This document shows positions 13,001 through 25,600 of a stretch of 50,092 nt of DNA, one piece after another. The translations under genes were made by a program, and so were the position numbers. The notes below the pieces were generated by a model, which made no database searches, was not told where the DNA came from, and saw only the letters and a program-made list of their open reading frames with translations. How positions within the stretch are numbered: position 1 is the first letter of the stretch; each line of letters opens with the position of its first letter. Origin of the DNA: Nemertoderma westbladi. Lineage: Eukaryota > Animalia > Xenacoelomorpha. The DNA is taken from NCBI GenBank assembly GCA_032718475.1, contig JAUCBJ010009080.1:1-50092 (forward strand), written 5' to 3'.

Positions 13001-16000
13001 AACTCAAAAGGATGTATAGGGACGTGGTACTCAGGGGGCGTTATAGAGATGTTGGAACCCAATAGGGTTTGGGACTTGGTATTCAGTGGGCGTTATAGAG
13101 ATGTTGTAACTCAAAAGGATGTATAGTATAGGAGCGTGGTACTCAGTGGGCGTTATAGAGATGTTGTAACTCAAAAGGATGTATATGGGCGTGGTACTCA
13201 GAGGGCGTTATAGAGATGTTGTAACTCAAAAGGATGTATATGGGCGTGGTACTCAGTGGTAGTTATAGAGATGTTGTAACTCAAAAGGATGTATAGGGGC
13301 GTATGGTACTCAGTGGGCGTTATATAGATGTTGTAACTCAAAAGGATGTATAGTATAGGAGCGTGGTACTCAGTGGGCGTTATAGAGATGTTGTAACTCA
13401 AAAGGATGTATAGGACGCGTTATAGAGATGTTGTAACTCAAAAGGATGTATATGGGCGTGGTACTCAGTGGGCGTTATAGAGATGTTGTAACTCAAAAGG
13501 ATGTATATGGGCGTGGTACTCAGTGGTAGTTATAGAGATGTTGTAACTCAAAAGGATGTATAGGGGCGTATGGTACTCAGTGGGCGTTATATAGATGTTG
13601 TAACTCAAAAGGATGTATAGGGGCGTGGTACTCAGTGGGCGTTATAGAGATGTTGTAACTCAAAAGGATGTATAGGAGCGTGGTACTCAGTGGGCGTTAT
13701 ATAGATGTTGTAACTCAAAAGGATGTATATGGGCGTGGTACTCAGTGGGCGATATAGAGATGTTGTAACTCAAAAGGATGTATAGGAGCGTGGTACTCAG
13801 GGGGCGTTATAGAGATGTTGGAACTCAAAAGGATGTATAGGAACGTATGGTACTCAGTGGGCGTTATAGAGATGTTGTAACTCAAAAGGATGTATAGGGG
13901 CGTGGTACTCAGTGGGCGTTATAGAGATGTTGTAACTCAAAAGGATATATAGGGGCGTGGTACTCAGTGGGCGTTATAGAGATGTTGTAACTCAAAAGGA
14001 TGTATAGGGGCGTGGTACTCAGTGGGCGTTATAGAGATGTTGGAACCCAATAGGGGTTTGGGACTTGGTATTCAGTGGGCGTTATAGAGATGTTGTAACT
14101 CAAAAGGATGAATAGGGGCGTGGTACTCAGTGGGCGTTATAGAGATGTTGGAACCCAATAGGGGTTTGGGACTTGGTATTCAGTGGGCGTTATAGAGATG
14201 TTGTAACTCAAAAGGATGAATAGGGGCGTATGGTACTCAGTGGGCGTTATAGAGATGTTGGAACCCAATAGGGGTTTGGGACTTGGTATTCAGTGGGCGT
14301 TATAGAGATGTTGTAACTCAAAAGGATGTATAGGGCGTGGTACTCAGTGGGCGTTATAGAGATGTAACTCAAAAGGATGTATAGGGGCGTGGTACTCAGT
14401 GGGCGTTATAGAGATGTTGTAACTCAAAAGGTTGTATAGGGGCGTGGTACTCAGTGGGCGTTATAGAGATGTTGTAACTCAAAAGGATGTATAGGGGCGT
14501 GGTACTCAGTGGGCGTTATAGAGATGTTGTAACTCAAAAGGATGTATAGGGGCGTGGTACTCAGTGGGCGTTATAGAGATGTTGGAACCCAATAGGGTTT
14601 GGGACTTGGTATTCAGTGGGCGTTATAGAGATGTTGTAACTCAAAAGGATGTATATGGGCGTGGTACTCAGTGGGAGTTATAGAGACGTTGTAAGTCAAA
14701 AGGATGTATAGGGGCGTATGGTACTCAGTGGGCGTTATAGAGATGTTGTAACTCAAAAGGATGTATAGGGGCGTGGTACTCAGTGGGCGTTATAGAGATG
14801 TTGTAACTCAAAAGGATGTATAGGAGCGTGGTACTCAGTGGGCGTTATAGAGATGTTGTAACTCAAAAGGATGTATATGGGCGTGGTACTCAGTGGGCGT
14901 TATAGGGATGTTGTAACTCAAAAGGATGTATAGGAGCGTGGTACTCAGGGGGCGTTATAGAGATGTTGGAACTCAAAAGGATGTATATGGGCGTGGTACT
15001 CAGTGGGCGTTATAGAGATATTGGAACTCAAAAGGATGTATAGGAGCGTATGGTACTCAGTGGGCGTTATAGAGATATTGTAACTCAAAAGGATGTATAT
15101 GGGCGTGGTACTCAGGGGGCGTTATAGAGATGTTGGAACTCAAAAGGATGTATAGGGGCGTGGTACTCAGTGGGCGTTATAGAGATGTTGTAACTCAAAA
15201 GGATGTATAGGGGCGTGGTACTCAGTGGGCGTTATAGAGATGTTGTAACTCAAAAGGATGTATAGGGGCGTGGTACTCAGTGGGCGTTATAGAGATGTTG
15301 TAACTCAAAAGGATGTATAGGGGCGTGGTACTCAGTGGGCGTTATAGAGATGTTGGAACCCAATAGGGTTTGGGACTTGGTATTCAGTGGGCGTTATAGA
15401 GATGTTGTAACTCAAAAGGATGTATATGGGCGTGGTACTCAGTGGGAGTTATAGAGACGTTGTAAGTCAAAAGGATGTATAGGGGCGTATGGTACTCAGT
15501 GGGCGTTATAGAGATGTTGTAACTCAAAAGGATGTATAGGGGCGTGGTACTCAGTGGGCGTTATAGAGATGTTGTAACTCAAAAGGATGTATAGGAGCGT
15601 GGTACTCAGTGGGCGTTATAGAGATGTTGTAACTCAAAAGGATGTATATGGGCGTGGTACTCAGTGGGCGTTATAGGGATGTTGTAACTCAAAAGGATGT
15701 ATATGGGCGTGGTACTCAGTGGGCGTTATAGGGATGTTGGAACTCAAAAGGATGTATATGGGCGTGGTACTCAGTGGGCGTTATAGAGATATTGGAACTC
15801 AAAAGGATGTATAGGAGCGTATGGTACTCAGTGGGCGTTATAGAGATATTGTAACTCAAAAGGATGTATATGGGCGTGGTACTCAGGGGGCGTTATAGAG
15901 ATGTTGGAACTCAAAAGGATGTATAGGGGCGTGGTACTCAGTGGGCGTTATAGAGATGTTGTAACTCAAAAGGATGTATAGGGGCGTGGTACTCAGTGGG

Positions 16001-16299
16001 CGTTATAGAGATGTTGTAACTCAAAAGGATGTATAGGGGCGTGGTACTCAGTGGGCGTTATAGAGATGTTGTAACTCAAAAGGATGTATAGGGGCGTGGT
16101 ACTCAGTGGGCGTTATAGAGATGTTGTAACTCAAAAGGTTGTATATGGGCGTGGTACTCAGGGGGCGTTATAGAGATGTTGTAACTCAAAAGGATGTATA
16201 GGGGCGTGGTACTCAGTGGGCGTTATAGAGATGTTGTAACTCAAAAGGATGTATAGGGGCGTGGTACTCAGTGGGCGTTATAGAGATGTTGGAACTCAA
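4010..16299. repeat. Satellite A: 55-bp tandem array, ~12.3 kb, roughly 220 copies, with a 53-bp variant monomer and a 2077-bp higher-order repeat
   Basis: Monomer GGTACTCAGTGGGCGTTATAGAGATGTTGTAACTCAAAAGGATGTATAGGGGCGT starts at 4061 and 4116 (period 55). The variant monomer ends ...GTTGGAACCCAATAGGGGTTTGGGACTT. The copy number is estimated as length divided by period. Confidence 0.98.
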
Positions 16300-16665
16300 T
16301 GGTTGTGAACATTATCGGCATGTGAATCATTCATATAGTAGATAATTAAGAGGTTTGGAATTGAAGCTGTTTATAATGCTATGAAAATATGTTTCGTTTT
16401 ATAATTATTTGTACAAGATTTTTTAACAAACTAATCATATTTTACAGAATGAAAATGTTACATGTATTGAGATGAGCTTTACTATGTTGAATAAATAGTG
16501 AGTTACCAACTTACATCCAATTAACACTGAATAGGAATTTCAGCGTAATTATCAGGTATGTATAATTTAATTTAACTATTACTATGTTCTATTAAGTGGT
16601 AATTCACGAAAAAACCCAGTTCGTAATTCATAAACAAATACTACAATATATCATTGAGTAGTAAA

Positions 16666-19600
16666 ATGGCTAAAAGAAAACAAAAGTGTAGTAAGTGCGG
16701 AAGCTCAAAACATAATATTAGAACATGTTCTATGTGGAAGGACATAAAAGTTCCTCTAATGGAACAAGTGGAACTGGTTGAGCAACCTCAAGGAGAGAAA
16801 GAGCAATGGATGGAACAGATGGAACATAGGGAGGAACAGCAACAGGATGAACAGATGAATAATGGGGAGGAACTGCAACAGGAGCAACAGATGGAGAATG
16901 GGGAGGAACAGATGGAGAATGGGGAGGAACAGGTAGATAATGTGGAGGAACAGCAACAGGAGGAACAGGTATATAATGCAGAGGAACAGCATCATGAAGA
17001 ACATATGGAGAATGGGGAGGAACAGGTAGAGAAGGCGGAGGAACAGCAACAGGAGGAACAGGTAGAGAATGCGGGGGAACAGCAACAGGAAGAACAGATG
17101 GAGAATGGGGAGGAACAGCAACAGGAGCAACAGATGGAGAATGGGGAGGAACAGATGGGGAATGGGGAGGAACAGGTAGATAATGTGGAGGAACAGCAAC
17201 AGGAGGAACAGGTAGAGAATGCGGAGGAACAGCATCAGGAAGAACAGATGGAGAATGGGGAGGAACAGGTAGAGAATGCGGAGGAACAGCAACAGGAAGA
17301 ACAGATGGAGAATGGGGAGGAACAGCAGCAGGAGCAACAGATGGAGAATGGGGAGGAACAGCAACAGGAGCAACAGATGGAGAATGGAGAGGAACAGATT
17401 GAGAATGGGGAGGAACAGGTAGAGAATGTGGAGGAACAGCAACAGGAGGAACAGGTAGAGAATGCAGGGGAACAGCAACAGGAGGAACAGATAGAGAATG
17501 CAGAGGAACAGCAACAGGAGGAACAGGTAGAGAATGCAGATGAACAGCAACAGGAAGAACAGTCGGAGAATCGGAAGGAACAGCAACAGGAGCAACAGAT
17601 GGAGAATGGGGAGGAACAGCAACAGGATGAACAGATGGAACACGGGGAGGGACATCAAGGGGATGAGCAGGGAGATTGGGAGGAGGTACATCGAAGAGGA
17701 AGAAAAAGGGGCCAGGATAGCCAAGGAGGTCAACGAAGGAGAAGAAGAGAAGGAACACCTCCTGAATTTCACGCAGAGCCAGGGACGCAACATAAAGATA
17801 CAGCCAGTGAGGGGGGGCAGTACCAGAGTAGGACAGGGCCATCGAGAACGCAATTTATTGTGCTGCAAGGCTCCAATAATTGTCCTCCACAGGAATGGCT
17901 TGATATCACATGCCAGTTAAATGGTCTACATATACAACCCAATCGAGGTGGTGGGGATTGTTTGTACTATTCAATTTTACAAGGTTTAGACATGCATGAT
18001 TTTAACCGGCATTACACCGTAGCATCACTACGCAAGCTTTCGGCAGATGAGATGGAGAGAAATCCCCTCCCTTATGCTAACCGGTTTATTCCACCTACTC
18101 CTGATGAGATAGCTGGTATGCATCCCCGACCTGCCAGTAACTTTCATAATTTTGTCTCATCAACACGACGGTCAGAATGGGGAACAGAATTAAATTTAAT
18201 ATCACTGGCAAATTGCCTGCCAGTAAGTATCTGTTTGCTATCAACAGAATCTCGAGGGGTCCTACATTTCGGCGATAGCCCAGGTGTTATTTATGTTGCT
18301 CACTGGCCAGGACATTTTGCAGCACTCCAGCCTGGAACATACAGTGGGTGTAATTCCATTCCACATACTAGGCATCATCAGAATTTGCCGACAGATAATC
18401 AACCATCAGCATCAGGAGTAGGTTCCAATACTTCAGACACTACAAACCACCATCCAACACCAAGTGATCAACCAACAACATTCGGAAACCTTCCACATAG
18501 AACACCACAACAACCAGCAGCCACCATTCCGAATCACAGAGGACATCCCATCAGACCACCTCAGCCACTACACAGCTCTCAAGCACCACCAATTATAACT
18601 ACAGAACCTCATAATTTCGAAGTGCCACCAACCACAGCTGCAGAACCTCAAAATAGATCCGCAGCCACACCAACTGCAGCTGAAGAATCTCGAAATAGAT
18701 GTACAGCAACACCAACTAACAACCCGATGGCACAAATTTCTTCGGATCTCCCTTCAAATGAGTCATCACTTTGTGACTGTTGCCAACGTCATTCCACTCA
18801 TATATATGACCTTCAAATCATTTCACGAGACCCCTGTAAAGGGAAGAAATATGGCCGTCTTATACAGCGAAGACCTTACCTACTTCCTGTATGCTGCATG
18901 CAGTGCAATACCTACCTAAACCAAGACAATACTCATATACGTAGTAATTGGAACATAATGTGGCCTGCTGTTTTATATACATGCCTTTCATCTGAGACAT
19001 TAATGCCACAAACTAAACATACTGAATTATGGCACCAAATTCCCCCATCAATACAAGAAATGTGGTCCTCACTTCCATTAGTTCCATCATTTGTAACAAG
19101 ATTTAAAGATTTTACACCACAAATTCGAGAATTTCAACACAATATTTCTGCCAATACATTGGGAAGCCTTAGAAAGGCCCTGAACAGGGAATGTTTTCCA
19201 GAAGTTAAGTGTCCCCTTGGTTGTTGGCAGTGGATTGATAAATGCAAAAATGTGTCTTTTCTGGACTACCTAGCATATGCAAACATTGTGACACTCCCTC
19301 AATCAAACAGAGAAAACTTCCGTTCAGCCAGATCAGACTGGCCACAATGTCCACGTCAGTATCTTTTAAAGTGGAACATCACCCCTGGCATTGTTGTAGA
19401 TAAGAAAGAGGGACTTTCTGTGTTGGTCTGCGAAGACCATAAATCAATGAAACAACAAGTCATTCATTTACAAACAAATCCATTTTATGAAGATGGTGCT
19501 GTTCAATCAGTTGAAGTGTTTGCTCCTGCAACTTTGACTCCAAATGTTGTCAGACAGGGCAGACTCAACAAGTGGAACAGCTCTAACTATGTCATCAACT

Positions 19601-22600
19601 GCATTGGTGGTTATCATGGTTTGTCGACATTTACTCTTGGTGCTTCTGAATTGGATTCTCCCCCAATTGGACAGCAGCAGATACTAAGAGAGGGTTTATG
19701 TCTGAAATATAGAGATGACATACGGGAGACATATCTCAATAGCACATGGGGAGGTGCTAGTAATATAGTAAGATCGAAACTAAGTGGTCTAGAGAACAGC
19801 AGAATGACACCTGTTGGTGACGATCTTAAGAAATGTCTTGATGGTGGATCTTACCTATCCATAGGTGATTCTTTTCACATCTGGAAAATATGTCGACTAC
19901 AATATGAAAAACAGGAGACTCAAAGTACCAATGTCAAATATCTGTTTCAGGCAGAAAGCTTAACATTATCTATTGTTCATCCAATGAATGATGTTGGGGC
20001 TTACCCATTTAGAGTAAATATTTCTTCTATCTATGATTCTCTTGGAACTGCCATTACCACTATTCTTCTTTACAACCGAAGGATCCATCAGCTTTGTCTT
20101 GAAAAGTATATATCAGATAATGATAATTTCTTGGGTTGGGTACTTGCTACAGTGGCTACATTATCAGGATTAAACTGGCCATCAAAATCCTGCAACAAAA
20201 ATATTGTCTTTGACAAAATCGCCAAGGATCCGTGCGTATTATCAAATTCAGATGCTCCATATATAGACAAAGTTATTAAATTACTGCTTCGGTTATCTAA
20301 TACTTCAGCACTACGAACAATTGACGAGATAATAAGCCGTTCGGAGACTCGTCCTGATTTATATGAATTAGTAATATGCCAGAACACTGCCTCTCCAGGG
20401 ATTCAACCAAAAACACGTATTGGAGAGTTTAGCCTGATGTTGGTATTAACAGAGGACAAAGAGGACTCTATTATTTTCCGCTGGGAGCCGACTATGCGGT
20501 TTTGGTGTATTGGGAAAGGAGGCAATAGAGTAGCGACTACAGCTTGCAACAAAACATCCTGGTTCCATACTTGGCGACTGGCCTTATACATCAATACCAA
20601 TACCAATGAACATCGAGATGATATCATTAAAAGATCTCTAGGTGGCCAACGGCGGATAACCTGTGGAAAGCATGGTCTACATCTAATAAATGAGCCCAGA
20701 GTTTCCAATGTCAAATGTGCAGTTGAGAAATGTCGCAAACCTGCAAACCATCGCTGTCCTTATGGAATATTATCATACCATTGCCTTGTTGCTGTATGCC
20801 TGAAGCATTTCCGAATATATTCCATTAGTGATGCCTCAATAATCACAATCAGGTATCACCAAACTCCGCTATTTGACAACCAACCAATAGATCTCAATCA
20901 AGGCGAAATAGATTCTGATGCAGAATTGGAGGAACTCTTACTTGATGTCAACATTGATAACGGACATCAAAGCGATGAAGTACATGACAATTCTGGAATA
21001 GTGATTCCTGAAAATCCAGAGGAAGACTCAGATTGGGAGTATTTGGAAGATCTTCAGAACTTCTTGACAGATGAAAACACTCTCCCATCAGGAGATATAC
21101 CATCTTCTGCAAATAGCAGAAAACAACTGTTCCCTGTTACTGGAGCTCATCATTTTCCGAGCCACTGTCTTCTTAATGATGTTTATGGAATACTTCACCG
21201 AGAACATTCGAAGCATCCAAGTGCTAAGAAAGCACAGCTACTGAACGAAATTGTAGCCAAGAATTCTGCCCCATCAACTTCTTTATTATACCCAGAAGGA
21301 AACATATTTCCCACAACCTTCTGGTTTAACCATAGTGGATCCATTATAGGTGCAATACCTCATCATATATTTAGCTCAAAGAAAGAGGCAACATATAATA
21401 AAAAATCATGCCACAATGTGTCATCTAACAAAGATATGTTAATGATTAGATTGCGAGATGGTGATTTATCGACCTCCCATGATTTGAACTACCTACACTG
21501 GGTTGCAGATATGCGCATGAATATAAAGTTAAATAACCGCCCATCTTCTGTCTTTTTTAATCGAGGTTTAGAATTCCTTGATGAATCACGTGCAACAAAA
21601 GTTAATATTCATGATACACCACTAGAATTTGAAGAATCTAATAGTAGTAGAGTTGTGAAAGAACTGGCAGCTCTCATAAATAAATATCCATGGTCGTATT
21701 TTTTCACTATAACAGCTAATGAAAGTTCGACTATGGGACTTGCACCAATCATTCAGTCAATGAAAGATTTTTGTGAAGAAACTGATTCGGAGTATAGCAA
21801 CATTTATGATGCCAATGTGGTACTCATTTGTAGGGCATGGGAACGAGTGGCACAGTATATGTTGGACTATATTGAAACCAGTCCTGAAGAAAGGCTCGGT
21901 CCAGTCCACCATATGTTTGCCCGTGCAGAGTTTCAGGATCAGGGAGCCAGAGGAAACAAGTGCCATTTCCATGGAGGCATTTCCCTATTACCAGAACCAA
22001 TCCAGACCACCATGGGCCGTGTGACATGTGATCCTGACCGTCTGCCTTTTGGACCGGAGGATTTCCACAACTTGCTGGATGCTGGAATTGTAGATTCATG
22101 GGAGGATTTTCATCAAGCTAAAAGTATAGTAGAAATGGTAACAATACATAACTGTAAAGCAGCTTCTGAAAGATGTCACAAACGAAAGGACAAAGACGGT
22201 AATAAAATCTGCAGGGTACCATCACATCCAACAAGTTCCTCTAATTGGTTTCAAGTAAAGAAAGATCTTTATTCAAAAGAAATCTATACAATTCTGGAGG
22301 AGATTGGACTTGCACAGAGAGTTCTAAACAAAGAATATCAGCTGGAATGGGAACTGGCTCCTAATCTAACTGCAGGGCGTTATCATTATTCAACAAGGAG
22401 CCCTCCAACATATTTACCAACCATTGCCGAAATCGCCTTAGCTCTGAGGAGCTCTTTTAATTGTCAGGTCACTGACCGTAAATTTTCCAGCTCTTATTTG
22501 TGTAAATATATAGGAGGTAAGGAAGAGAGGAGGCAAATAAAGGTGTTTGGTACAAAGAACCCTGATGTAGTAAGGACAGAAGTTGGGGAGCAAGAAAACA

Positions 22601-25600
22601 TTAAAATATCAGGGGTTAAAATAAACCAAACCATTGAGAAAGAGAAAGCAACAAATTCTCGTGAGATTGGAATACCAGAGCTAGCCAGATTTGCGCTTGG
22701 GTATCCATACACACGATGTACCGCAGACTTCGTTCATATAAGCACTCTTCCCCCTGAGTATCGATCAGCTGTTTCTGCAAATAAATCTAACGAACAAATT
22801 GAGGGTTCATATGGTACCTACATCGCCAGCATTGAAACTAGGATCAATCTTCCTCAATGGCGTCACTTCTCTCACAGCCAACAAAGGCTTATACGTGAGT
22901 ATGTCTCATCAAATTATAAACTTGGTAACACTGAGCGGTTTAATATACGCCCTCCAGAAATTTCCATAGTAAATAAGCTAATTGACTATCATGAAATATT
23001 TGTCATCAAGAGTAAATTGCCATCGCATTTTGTAAATGATGATATTCACCAGCAGCAATGGATAGATGGCCTCAACAACCAAGTTAAAATACGCAGCTGT
23101 GCAATTACCAGGGCCATCAACTACATACAAAGTCAGCCAGAGAAAGAGGGGAAGAATGACATTTTGATTCTTCTTAATGATATTCAAGTCGAAGATATTG
23201 ATGGCAATCTCCACAAACGTTTTGTAGTTTATAGCAAGGAAACCATTGCTGTAATACCAAACATAGGTGCAAGTCATCGTATTAAATTTCTGTACCATAT
23301 CATATTAACTCTCGGCCAATTCATAACAGAACTAGATATAATGGAAGTCGCATCATTTCCAAAGGCATTCCAGAATGCAGGCCTAATCATTGACCACAAT
23401 AATCCAACACAGGATGAGGCAAACAATATACTCAGAAGATATGTTGACGAGCAACTCCAGACATATTGCTTTGGTGCAAAACAGTTTGAGCAATACTTGA
23501 ACAATGCTAAATCTGCTATAGACGAAATCCTTTTGTCAGATGGACGTATATCTTGTGATGTCCCTTCGGTATCATATATAGCTCTTCGTGAAGAAACATC
23601 AGAGCGTATCTATACAATCGAAAGATCGCGGAAATTGTATCTGGTGGAAACAAACCATAGCGATCTTGTCACAAAGATGCACCTCCCAACCACTGAAGCT
23701 TTTATGGAGGCCACATTCGATGATCCCTTAAATTGGGATCCAGAATTGCCAGTAGCCGCACACCAATCAATGGCTTCCCAAACTGAACAAAACAATGCAC
23801 TGCAAACCATAAAACAATTGGTCCACAAATTTTTAAATCCATCCACTGATCAATTACCCAAGTTTTTACTGATAACTGGACCACCAGGTTGTGGAAAGAC
23901 TTTGCTCATACAAATTGCGACCTTGTATGTCATATCACTGGGTCTCAATACTGCACTTCTTTCACTGACAAGTGAACGTTCAAGAACACTTGGTGGATTC
24001 CACATACATATTGCATTTCCCGTACCAAGTAAGAGTTTGAAACATGCACATCCCCATATTCTAGCAAAGCAATGTATACAAAGTCTTAAAAAAGACCCAA
24101 TGAAACTAATCTTATTGAAACGTACTAATGTCTTTATATTGGAAGAGGTAGGGCTAATCTCGGCGGAATTTTATGGTATTCTAGATACCACAATGAAGAA
24201 TATCATGAATAATGATCTACCATTTGGTGGTAAACTGCTTATAATGAATGGGGACCAACATCAACTGCCTCCTATTGATGGTCGGCCCATATTTATGTCA
24301 ACAAACCTTATAACTTCCTTCCAGGTAATTCAGCTAAAACATTATGTACGTGCAGCCTCCGATATGAATCTCCAAAATTGCTTGGAATCAATGAGGCAGA
24401 CAGTAATTCCACCATTACAACAAAATGAGATTCTAAACACCATAATGGCAAAAGCCAAATTTGTTAATACATGGAGTGATGTACCCCAAGAAGCAATGCG
24501 AATAGTAGGATCACGAAAGGCAGAAGCAAAAGTGGTTAAAGAATTCCTACAAAGAAAGACCTCAGATAGGAATACTCGTACTGTTGTATCTAAATCAAAA
24601 GATGAAGTACAACACCACTATGATTGGGCTCCAGCTAGTACATATGTAACGCAGCAGTTGAACCGTCATTGTTTGGAGCCGGAAGAGTTGGTACTGTTCG
24701 AAGGTGCCATCACAAGGTTGACCCGCAACCACCAGCAGGGGAACACCCAATACTCCCAAGGTCAAGTTGCCGTTGTGCAGAACATCCCTGAAGAGTTTAA
24801 TGAAGATGCCCTGGTAACTGTAGCACTGGTTCCACCAGGGGTACGGAATTTATTGCCAGTTTTAGCTTCATGGCAACGTGTTTCATTGGGGCGTACTACG
24901 ACCATACCATCAATAGTTGGGGTTCAACTTCTTCAAGGTCGAAGAACTCAATATCCACTTCGATACTTTATTGCAAATACAATACATCGAATAATGGGTG
25001 AAACTTGCCCTATAGCTGCAACTCAAATTTCATCAGCAGAACGGATATTTAGGCTCTGGGAGAGAGAGCAGCTTTTAGTTCTAATTTCACGAGTACCTGC
25101 ATTCCAGTATTTATATTTTGTTGGACCCAGAGCAGAGACACGTCAGGCATTGGCTGAAACATTATCACGTACATCAATGTGGGCTGGTCCTATTGAAGAA
25201 CGTTTAACAGCTCTTGATATCCATAACACTAACCCACAACGTGTTATTACTGATGTTCAACACCCTCTACGGCCATTTTACAGAGAAATTCCTGAATCGG
25301 AGACTGGTTATGTGTATATGCTAATATCAACTGCGCACCCATCCATAAGCTATATAGGTCAAACTGGTAGGAGTATGTTGACTAGACTACGCGAACACAA
25401 CAGTGGAAATGGCTCCATATTCACCAACCGAACCGAGTTCCATCCGTGGGCAATCTTTGCCTACATATGTCAATTTCCTTCGGAGGCTGAAGAAGAAAGA
25501 ACTGCACGACGAATGGATGTAGAGAGATTCGTCCATAGAAATATTCGCCGAAACAGCGGTCCTCAATACGTTCTAAATCAATTAATTCGAATTGTTGCAG

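Noticed and set aside
4010-16299. CRISPR-like appearance of the 55-bp array (and of the 50-bp array at 49531)
   Set aside because: There are no unique spacers, whole monomers repeat, no cas genes are present and the context is eukaryotic.
16654-16665. TTG start given by the ORF track
   Set aside because: In a eukaryotic context the in-frame ATG at 16666, with AAAATGG context, is the likely start.
16730-17920. Two 370-aa antisense ORFs and a 128-aa alternative-frame ORF over the E/Q tract
   Set aside because: Shadows of the purine-rich coding minisatellite; the products are low-complexity Pro/Val or Leu/Phe sequence with no domain features.
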